From Candidatus Kryptoniota bacterium (GTDB lineage: Bacteria > Bacteroidota > Ignavibacteria > Kryptoniales > JAKASW01), in the NCBI GenBank assembly GCA_036567965.1, contig DATCTN010000021.1, positions 8,906-72,905 on the forward strand: a stretch of 64,000 bases of DNA, written 5' to 3'. Below are positions 27,137 to 35,547 of this stretch, piece by piece. The stretch's first letter is position 1. The number at the start of each line of letters is the position of its first letter. The translations under genes were made by a program, and so were the position numbers. The notes below the pieces were generated by a model that saw nothing but the letters and a program-made list of their open reading frames with translations, was not told the origin of the DNA and searched no databases.

Positions 27137-30100
27137 ATGACAAAGAATTTACTTCGTTCTACCGCATACGTTGTTCTTCTCCTTATCTTCACCTCGATCC
27201 AGGCTTCCGGGAAGATCGTCGTATTTTATGAAAAGGGCTTCCCATCGGTCGATAATGGCGTTATCTCACGTGAATCGCTCGAGAAAGCATTTGCACAGGC
27301 CGATGCGAGGTTCGTCAACCTCGACGAGCTCAAAAGCAATCTGCACACCGGCGACCTTTTGGTTTTGCCGTTTGGTTCGGCTTTTCCCGCTGATGCGTGG
27401 GACGCGATCCGTGATCATTTGAATCACGGCAACCTGCTGATACTCGGAGGAAGACCGCTTTATGTCCCGGTGTACCATGATAGCGGTGGATGGCGTACGG
27501 AGAATGCGCAAAACACTTACTCGCACAACCTTGGAATAATGTATTCGTATGCCGTTACCGAGCACGGTCCGTGGAAATTGAAGTGGGATGAAGATGCGCC
27601 GTTCTTCCATGAAGCTTCCCTCAATCCCAGACAAGTCTTTGCTAACGCGGGTTTCGGCTGGAGATATAGGGGAGTCGGATTTCTTGTCGACACGCAGGGC
27701 GACCGGCTCGCTGCTCCGATCGTCGCCGACGACGCCGTGGGCAGAGCTCAACCTGCACGCAGAGCCGTGTTTCTGAGTTTCGATTCAGAGTCTTCCTACT
27801 GGGCCTCGGGGGATGGGATCGAGTTAATGCGCGAAGCCGCTGCTTACGCTTCTCAGGGCGGCGTTCGGATCTGGCTCGATATCCAGCAGCTCACAGTGGA
27901 TCAGGGCGGACATGTTTCCGGAGCAGTGGATGTCCTTCGAAACGGTGAACCCGCGAAACTCACTCTTGAAATCATGTCAGGTTCGAAGGTGATTGAGTCT
28001 CGGACGACTTCCTGCGGAAACTTACTGCACGAGGAGATCGGGCTTCATTCACCGCTGAATAAACCCGGCCTGTACCTGGTGCGGGCAACACTGTCGCACG
28101 GTGACACGGCGTTTGATAGGTACACCTCAGGTGTCGAAGTCCGGGATGAAGAGCTTCTCCAATCGGGTGACAAACTCTCTGCAGGACGCGATTATTTTCT
28201 TCGCGATGGCAAGCCTTATTTGATGACCGGTACGAATTATTTTTCAACCGATCCTAACACATCAGACTTTTTTGTCGGCGGCAGTCTCGGAGGGAATGCT
28301 TATGTCTGGGAACGGGACTTTACCGAAATGGAACGGCAGGGAATCACAGTTGTCAGGACAGGAACATGGCTCAACCGTGCAAGGTATCTCGACGAGGTCA
28401 CTGGTGCGGCGGACGAACGCTTGCTTCGTGCAATCGAGGCTTACCTCGACGCGGCCGCACGTCACCACATGCAGGTGATATTCACTCTGTTCGCGTTTGA
28501 TCCCCAGGTTGAGTTGCAGCAGGGACAAGGGCAGGAAGGAGACATGCTTGGACCGGGGTCAAACCCATACCTCGATCCCGTTGCTGTCGATGCGGAAACC
28601 GAGTACGTCAAGACAATCGCCTCGAGATTTTCCTCAGTTCCGTTTCTTAGCTTTGACCTGATCAATGAGCCGAGTTTCAGTAATCCGAAAATGATTTGGA
28701 AGGGCAACTCACCAAACGGCGATCCTAACGAACTGGCAGGATGGCATGAATGGCTTCAAAAGCGGTATGCCTCGATCGATACGCTTGCGAGCGCATGGCA
28801 TGTCTCGCCAGCTGAGCTGGGGAATTTTGAGAATGTTCCCGTCCCGGCCGCAACCGACATGGAGCTTTCGAGGTACGGGAACACAACGACCATCCGGGCG
28901 TTGGACTTTAACCTGTTCGCGCAGGACGCATTCATCAAATGGACCGATACGATCATACAGGCAATCCGTTCCACCGGATCCAAACAACTGGTGACCGTAG
29001 GTCAGGACGAGGGTGGAGTCGTTGATCGTGTGCTGGCACAGTTCTGGGCCAACTCAGATGTTGACTTTACTGTCAATCACACATGGTGGCACGATGATGC
29101 GCTTCTGTGGAGCTCGATGGCTTCAAAGACCACATTCAAGCCGAACCTGATTGAAGAGACTGGTCCTCAACCTGTATGGAACATGGATGGTAGGTGGAGG
29201 TGGGATGACGCCGGCGGGACTGGGCTCATCGAAAGGAAACTGGTCCTCGGATTCGCCGGCGGCAACGCCGGAACGATCCAGTGGGACTGGTCGCGAAGCG
29301 ATGACTTCGGCCTTCTGAGACGCGACGGCTCCTACAAAGATTGGATGGAAGTAATGAAAGGGTTGGGCACTTTTGCCCACGATGCGGAAAGCTACGCGAC
29401 CTCAGTGGAGCAACCTGAAATTGCCATAGTCTTTCCGCAGTCGCTTCAACTGTCTCCGTTTGGAAAGTTCTCGATTCTCGCACAGGGAAACGCCGTGCGA
29501 GCGCTTTATCAGCACGCACGCGGATCAGCATTCGTCGTCGGCGAGTATCAACTTTCTCAAATGCCCCCTGCGAAACTGATCATCGTTCCATCTCCGTGGA
29601 TCTTAACGACGAAGGCCTGGGACGTACTCATGGACAAGGTGTCAAGCGGGGCAACAGTCCTATTCTCGGGACGTGCGGACGCTGACGAACATTGGCTGGC
29701 AGATCCCTCGCGCACCAAGTCGTGGGACGTCCATTACTCATACGAAGACTTGACGTCGCGTGAGGCAGAACTCAGGTGGCCGGGTGACTCTGCGCGACTC
29801 AGCTATCCGGACGACATAACAACTTATTTGCAGCGCGGCGTTCTCCCGGGCGACAACACATTTCTTGACATTCCTGTGGGACGCGGCCACTTGTTCTATT
29901 TTGCGTTACCTCTGGAATTGTCGACTCAGCTCGACGCGGTGGGCAGAATATACAAGTATGCGATGGACAAAGCCGGAATAACAGCACCTTACACAACAAC
30001 TTGCGACGATCCGGGAATACTTATTTGTCCTACACGGCTTCCGAATGCAACGCTCTATGTCCTGACTTCTGAAAGCTCTAATGACAGCATGGTCAGCTTC

Positions 30101-30211
30101 CATGATAACCTCAGCGGGGCAAATGTGAGAATAAATATTTCCCCCGGAAGAGCGGCTCTCCTCCTGGTGGACAGAAACGGGAATATCAAAGCGACCTACA
30201 ACGCAAAGTAA
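27137..30211 (+). CDS. Large secreted clan GH-A glycoside hydrolase (GH42/GH5-like)
   Basis: Signal peptide MTKNLLRSTAYVVLLLIFTSIQASG. TIM-barrel motifs GTNYF...WERDFTEMERQGITVVRTG and FDLINEPSF (NEP acid/base). WHEWLQKRYASIDTLASAW is GH42-like. A late AKLIIVPSPWIL...SSGATVLFSG segment resembles the GH42 trimerisation domain. Confidence 0.75.
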   Translation: MTKNLLRSTAYVVLLLIFTSIQASGKIVVFYEKGFPSVDNGVISRESLEKAFAQADARFVNLDELKSNLHTGDLLVLPFGSAFPADAWDAIRDHLNHGNLLILGGRPLYVPVYHDSGGWRTENAQNTYSHNLGIMYSYAVTEHGPWKLKWDEDAPFFHEASLNPRQVFANAGFGWRYRGVGFLVDTQGDRLAAPIVADDAVGRAQPARRAVFLSFDSESSYWASGDGIELMREAAAYASQGGVRIWLDIQQLTVDQGGHVSGAVDVLRNGEPAKLTLEIMSGSKVIESRTTSCGNLLHEEIGLHSPLNKPGLYLVRATLSHGDTAFDRYTSGVEVRDEELLQSGDKLSAGRDYFLRDGKPYLMTGTNYFSTDPNTSDFFVGGSLGGNAYVWERDFTEMERQGITVVRTGTWLNRARYLDEVTGAADERLLRAIEAYLDAAARHHMQVIFTLFAFDPQVELQQGQGQEGDMLGPGSNPYLDPVAVDAETEYVKTIASRFSSVPFLSFDLINEPSFSNPKMIWKGNSPNGDPNELAGWHEWLQKRYASIDTLASAWHVSPAELGNFENVPVPAATDMELSRYGNTTTIRALDFNLFAQDAFIKWTDTIIQAIRSTGSKQLVTVGQDEGGVVDRVLAQFWANSDVDFTVNHTWWHDDALLWSSMASKTTFKPNLIEETGPQPVWNMDGRWRWDDAGGTGLIERKLVLGFAGGNAGTIQWDWSRSDDFGLLRRDGSYKDWMEVMKGLGTFAHDAESYATSVEQPEIAIVFPQSLQLSPFGKFSILAQGNAVRALYQHARGSAFVVGEYQLSQMPPAKLIIVPSPWILTTKAWDVLMDKVSSGATVLFSGRADADEHWLADPSRTKSWDVHYSYEDLTSREAELRWPGDSARLSYPDDITTYLQRGVLPGDNTFLDIPVGRGHLFYFALPLELSTQLDAVGRIYKYAMDKAGITAPYTTTCDDPGILICPTRLPNATLYVLTSESSNDSMVSFHDNLSGANVRINISPGRAALLLVDRNGNIKATYNAK

Positions 30212-30349
30212 TTTCCCCGGTCGGCTGCAGTTGGCACGTTGCACACGCATGCTTCCAACGTAGGTCTCTTACTGCCGGCGAATAAATTCGCTCTTGGGCC
30301 AGTCGGCACTTTATGCATTTTGTTTTCCCGGATGTTAATTTAATCTGCG

Positions 30350-30988
30350 ATGGAACAGGAGGCTGTCTTATATTTCGTCGAGATCGTTTCGGGTTTCGCT
30401 CTGGGGGCGTTCATAAATATGCAGGTCGTCTTACCTCTCTTCTACAAATTTCCTAAAGCGCTGGTCCTGTGGGCGAGAAAAAAACTCCTGTACCGCGCCG
30501 TCCTTGTCAACCTTGTCCCGCCGGTAATATGGATTGTGATCTTCTTTCTCGTTTATCTCTTTTTCCCGGTCATCTTCTTGACCGATTTCGTGGATAGCAT
30601 GGAGTTTGCTGGCGGCGTCGCCGGAGGAGTGGCTATATTCTCCGGTTACTCAGTTCTCACAAAAAGAGGCCGGCTCCATCTCAAATATGATTTTTTCAAT
30701 CGGACGAGACGGCACATTGCAACTGCAGGAATCATGGAGTACCTGGTTCTCGCGAACGAGAGCTTGAAGTTCAAACAATACGAGCGCGCAATAAAAATAT
30801 TCAGACAGGCAGATGCGATCGAACCGGGAAATCCAACCGTTCATCTCGGACTCGGATTGTGCTACATTGGCGTCCTTAGCTTTAAAGAGGCACTCAAGGA
30901 ATATGAGTACCTCTCCAACAGAAGCCCGAACGCTGCAACTAAACTTTATGGTGCACTCATGAAAGTGGGAAAGGCGCCACTGGGTTGA
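30350..30988 (+). CDS. Membrane protein with a C-terminal TPR-like region
   Basis: Three or four hydrophobic segments, then KFKQYERAIKIFRQADAIEPGNPTVHLGLGLCY (TPR-like). Confidence 0.6.
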   Translation: MEQEAVLYFVEIVSGFALGAFINMQVVLPLFYKFPKALVLWARKKLLYRAVLVNLVPPVIWIVIFFLVYLFFPVIFLTDFVDSMEFAGGVAGGVAIFSGYSVLTKRGRLHLKYDFFNRTRRHIATAGIMEYLVLANESLKFKQYERAIKIFRQADAIEPGNPTVHLGLGLCYIGVLSFKEALKEYEYLSNRSPNAATKLYGALMKVGKAPLG

Positions 30989-31205
30989 TGAAATCCCAAA
31001 TCGGATCGGTCACCCATTTCCCCCCAGGCATAAGCATGTTGATGTGTGCGGATTCAGGTGCGCACATTCTCCCAGACTCGATGTCTTGTATTTTTCCGTA
31101 AAATGCCAGGAATAAATCTCGGTGAATCTTGCAACTTATAAAGCCTGCTAAACTGAACCGCAATTTTATCCCCATAATTCTATTATTAAACGAGGTTGAG
31201 GAATC

Positions 31206-33131
31206 ATGACAAACTCAACGCCGAAGACAATCCCACACCTCTTCGAAATGAGTGTAGCAAAGTTTTCCTCGAACATTATGCTGTGGGAAAAGAAAACCGA
31301 TAAGTATGTCGGGACAACCTACCAGGACATCCGGGAAGTTGTCCATAAGTGTGGCGCCGGCTTAATGAGTATCGGAATTCGGAAGGGAGATAGGATCGCA
31401 CTTATTTCCGAGGGGAGAAATGATTGGGTCGTCGCCGAACTCGGGATCCTTTTTGCCGGAGCCATCAACGTCCCTCTCTCTGTGAAGATCGAAGAACTTT
31501 CCGAGCTGAAGTTCCGGCTTGCACATTCAGGCACTAAGATGATAATCGTGTCCGGTGCCCAGCTGGGGAAAATTCGACAGGTTAGAAAAGACCTTCCCCA
31601 GATAGAGAAAGTCATCGTTCTCGATGGTGAAGCTGCAGGCGCCAATGATGAAATGTCTTTTTCTGAGTTGCTTCTCAAGGGCGAATCCTACCTGAGGGCT
31701 TACGGTGGCGAGTTCGAGGCCAGATGGAAGTCCGTGGCGGAAAACGATCCCGCTAATATTTGCTACACTTCGGGCACTACCGCCGATCCGAAAGGGATTA
31801 TTCTGACTCATCGGAATTATACATCGAACACCGAACAATCATCCAAACTCCTCAACGTACCCGAGTCCTTTTGCTCGCTTACTATTCTTCCGTGGGACCA
31901 CTGCTTCGCTCACACGGCGAACATATACGCTCTCATGTACAACGGTGCGAGCCTCGCATCGGTCCAGGTTGGTAAATCACCGATGGAGACATTGAAGAAT
32001 ATCCCGCTGAACATCAAGGAGACAAGACCTCATTTCCTCTTGAGCGTCCCGTCTCTTGCGAAGAATTTCAGGAAGAATATTGAGAAGGGAATTCACGAGA
32101 AAGGAGAACGGATAGAGAAGCTCTTCAAGCGCGCGCTCAAAGTCGCATATGCCTACAATGGAAACGGGTGGAACAAAGGTAAGAACGCATCGCTCATGAC
32201 GAAGCTCGAATACGACCTTTACGACTTTCTGATTTTCAGGAAAATCAGGAAGAGCTTCGGCGGGCGGCTCGAATTCTTCATAGGTGGAGGTGCATTGCTT
32301 GACATCGAACTCCAGCGCTTCTTTTATGCGATTGGGATTCCCATGTTCCAGGGATACGGGCTAACTGAAGCTTCGCCGGTAATCTCCGCGAACGTCCCTC
32401 AACGGCATAAACTGGGCTCGTCCGGGACCGTTGTCTCCGATCTTGCTCTGCGTATCTGTGACGAAGAGGGAAGAGATCTGCCCGCAGGGATGCAAGGCGA
32501 AATCGTGGTGAAGGGGGAGAACGTGATGGCTGGATACTGGCGCAACAACAAAGCGACAAGCGAGACTATCTGCGACGGTTGGCTGCACACCGGCGACCTC
32601 GGGTATCTTGATGAAGATGGATTCCTGTTCGTCCTGGGCCGCGAGAAGAGTCTGCTGATAAGTCACGACGGCGAGAAGTACAGCCCGGAAGGGATCGAGG
32701 AGGCGATCACCGATAACTCCCGCTACATAGATCAGATTCTTCTTTACAATAATCAATCTCCGTATACCGTCGCGCTTCTTGTGCCGAACAAAGATGCGAT
32801 GGTTTCGTATCTCAAGAACGTAAACCTCTCTCAAGATACCGACGAAGGGCCGGCCGCCGCGCTGAAACTGCTGGATTCGGAGATCGGCGAGTATAGGAAA
32901 GGCGGAAAGTTTTCGGGCGAGTTTCCGGAGCGATGGCTCCCCTCCGCGATCGCGGTTCTGGGTGAGGGTTTCACAGAACAAAATAGATTTCTTAACAGCA
33001 CGTTGAAGATGGTTCGTGGAAAGATAACTGAATTCTACAAAGACCGGATAGATTTTTTGTTCTCAGCCGAAGGGAAAGATATCTGCAATAAGCAGAACAG
33101 GGCGATCATCAAGAAGATTGGAATGCCTTGA
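31206..33131 (+). CDS. Long-chain-fatty-acid--CoA ligase (AMP-dependent synthetase)
   Basis: AMP-binding motifs are present: ICYTSGTTADPKGIILTHRN, GYGLTEASP, TGDLGYLDEDGFLFVLGREK. Confidence 0.9.
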   Translation: MTNSTPKTIPHLFEMSVAKFSSNIMLWEKKTDKYVGTTYQDIREVVHKCGAGLMSIGIRKGDRIALISEGRNDWVVAELGILFAGAINVPLSVKIEELSELKFRLAHSGTKMIIVSGAQLGKIRQVRKDLPQIEKVIVLDGEAAGANDEMSFSELLLKGESYLRAYGGEFEARWKSVAENDPANICYTSGTTADPKGIILTHRNYTSNTEQSSKLLNVPESFCSLTILPWDHCFAHTANIYALMYNGASLASVQVGKSPMETLKNIPLNIKETRPHFLLSVPSLAKNFRKNIEKGIHEKGERIEKLFKRALKVAYAYNGNGWNKGKNASLMTKLEYDLYDFLIFRKIRKSFGGRLEFFIGGGALLDIELQRFFYAIGIPMFQGYGLTEASPVISANVPQRHKLGSSGTVVSDLALRICDEEGRDLPAGMQGEIVVKGENVMAGYWRNNKATSETICDGWLHTGDLGYLDEDGFLFVLGREKSLLISHDGEKYSPEGIEEAITDNSRYIDQILLYNNQSPYTVALLVPNKDAMVSYLKNVNLSQDTDEGPAAALKLLDSEIGEYRKGGKFSGEFPERWLPSAIAVLGEGFTEQNRFLNSTLKMVRGKITEFYKDRIDFLFSAEGKDICNKQNRAIIKKIGMP

Positions 33132-33189
33132 ATCGACTAGATCTGAGGCTTTGGAATCGCCCTAGAGAATTCTGCGATCAGCAGAAATA

Positions 33190-35043
33190 TTATTGTTGCA
33201 GCAATTTGAACTTGTAAAACTCGCCTTTCGCGTTAATCAAATCATCATGCGTTCCCGATTCGACGATGGTGCCGTTCTTCATTACCATTATCCTGCTGGC
33301 ATTCCTTATCGTCGAGAGCCGGTGTGCCACGATGAATGTGGTACGGCCATTCACGAGCCTTCGGATTGCCTCCTGGATCAACGATTCCGATACGACGTCC
33401 AGCGACGATGTCGCCTCGTCCAGAACGATCACTTTCGGATCACGGACGAGCGCACGGGCAATCGAGATTCGCTGGCGTTGTCCGCCGGACAATCGGGCGC
33501 CGTGCTCGCCAAGTGCAGTATCAAGACCCTGCGGAAGCCTTGAAACGAATTCTGCGGCATTTGCGAATTCCAGTACTTCCCAGAGCCGGGCGTCCTTTAA
33601 GCCGTCAAGGCCGTAAAGGATATTCTCGCGCACCGATCCGCTGAATAAGAGAGTTGTCTGGGGAACAACCGCAAGAAACCGCCTGTATCGCCTGAGATCG
33701 AGTTCCTGCATATCCTTTCCGTCAAGAAGTATTCTGCCTGACGTGGGCCGCCGGAATCCGATGACAAGGTTCATGAGTGTTGACTTCCCGGACCCCGACT
33801 CTCCGACAAATGCAACCGATTCGCCCGATGGTATCTGGATCGAAATCCCTTTAAGCGCCGGCTGCTCGGCGCCCGGGTACCTGTAAATAACGTTTTCAAA
33901 TGTGAAGCTCCCGGTTACGGACGTGACGGCTTTCTTCCCTTCGTTTTGTTCGATGTCGGGAGACTCCAGGATTTCTCCGATCGAACGTATCGATTCGAAT
34001 CCGCGCGCAAGATCGGGATAAGAATTAAGTATCAGGTTGACCGCTCCCACTATCATCGCGAAGTAACTTTGGAACAGGACCACGTCACCGACCGTTATCA
34101 CTTTCCGGTAAGCCAGCACGGAGGTGAACATCAGGCAGACGAGCATTACAATCTGGAAAGAGGTCCACGAGCTCGCGCCGAAGAGAGCCCCGATCACTTC
34201 GAGCTTTATTCCTTTGCGTTTTACATTCTCGAGCCTTGAATTCATCTTGCGCACTTCAACGTCCTCAACAGCGTGAGCCCTGGTAACAGGGATCATCTGA
34301 ATCATCTCAACGACATTCGCTGAGAGCGACTCGATCTCTGTCCTGTATTCTCTGTTCCTTGAAGTCATCTTTTTTGAAAAAATAAAAACAAGGCTGGAAG
34401 AAACGGGTACGGAAACTATATAAAAGACCGCGACTAACGGCTGACTGAAGACGGTTACCGAGAATGCCACGATGATCGTCAGGATTGCCGGGAAAACAGA
34501 ATTCATCAGATTGCGCGAAAGTATCTCGAGAGTCTCGACGTCTCTCAAGACTTTTGTCTGCAGACGTCCGGATTGAAAACTGTCGTGAAATGATATTGAG
34601 AGCTCCTGGAGTCGTCTCACTATCGAGGATCTTAAATTCAATTGCATAGTATTCAATGCGGTACTGAAGACCCTCACGTAAAGCGTGTGCGTCGGTATAT
34701 TCTGTAATATTATCGCGAAGAAAATCATTCCGACAACCCATAGGTCGTGGATTGTATATCTGGCCGTGTCGCTGATTATGTTTATCATTCGTGCGATAAT
34801 GATCGGCAGGATCCAGACGGGGGAGTGTTTTATGGCAAATAGGATGATCGACAGGACGATCTTCAGGTATTGACCCCTGTATATGTGAAGGAGATTTCTT
34901 AAAGGATGCACGCTGCTGTAATCCAGCTCGAGATTCGAGTAGTCTTTTTCAGGCAGCTGGTCTTTCAATCCTTTGTCCTGACGAAATTGAGAATGCTGTT
35001 TATGGATCAATATTATTCTGGATCGCGAAAGAAACAATCGCAT
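33190..35043 (-). CDS. ABC exporter, fused permease/ATPase (MsbA-like)
   Basis: An N-terminal 6-TM region, Walker A GESGSGKST, signature LSGGQRQRISIARAL, and Walker B VIVLDEATSSLD. Confidence 0.9.
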   Translation of the reverse strand: MRLFLSRSRIILIHKQHSQFRQDKGLKDQLPEKDYSNLELDYSSVHPLRNLLHIYRGQYLKIVLSIILFAIKHSPVWILPIIIARMINIISDTARYTIHDLWVVGMIFFAIILQNIPTHTLYVRVFSTALNTMQLNLRSSIVRRLQELSISFHDSFQSGRLQTKVLRDVETLEILSRNLMNSVFPAILTIIVAFSVTVFSQPLVAVFYIVSVPVSSSLVFIFSKKMTSRNREYRTEIESLSANVVEMIQMIPVTRAHAVEDVEVRKMNSRLENVKRKGIKLEVIGALFGASSWTSFQIVMLVCLMFTSVLAYRKVITVGDVVLFQSYFAMIVGAVNLILNSYPDLARGFESIRSIGEILESPDIEQNEGKKAVTSVTGSFTFENVIYRYPGAEQPALKGISIQIPSGESVAFVGESGSGKSTLMNLVIGFRRPTSGRILLDGKDMQELDLRRYRRFLAVVPQTTLLFSGSVRENILYGLDGLKDARLWEVLEFANAAEFVSRLPQGLDTALGEHGARLSGGQRQRISIARALVRDPKVIVLDEATSSLDVVSESLIQEAIRRLVNGRTTFIVAHRLSTIRNASRIMVMKNGTIVESGTHDDLINAKGEFYKFKLLQQ

Positions 35044-35547
35044 CAGAGGATTGAACGGCCTCCAGATGGACCATTGCTTGAAAGATCCTCAACTCTCCTC
35101 CCCGAAAGTGGATATCACTTTTTATTTTGAGGAGAGATTGAATATTTCAGAATCAATCTCTAAGATGTGTTGTTGTGTGCTTCGGTGCGGCAGGTGGGCG
35201 TTTGATTTGGAAGAAGTCTAAGTAAATGGACGCGAGTCTTGGACTACCGGACGGCCACGAAATCGGCCTCTGCCCATGTTATTCCGGTGTAGTCGTGAAC
35301 ACTATTGCAGGCTTCTGACATAGCTGTGATGAATCGAGACGTGACATTCACCGAATCATTAATCATGTGTTAAAGTTTGAGAAGGGAATGCCGATGATGC
35401 TAGTAAACGATGCGGGCAACCTTTTTAGAAGACAACAAGGCTTTTTTTGTGCATATATTTTTGGAACCGCTTCCAGAACAAAGTTCGTCGTGGGTGAAGT
35501 CTCAATCCGAACGACAGCAATTTCTGAAAGGTCACACTCAATTGAGA

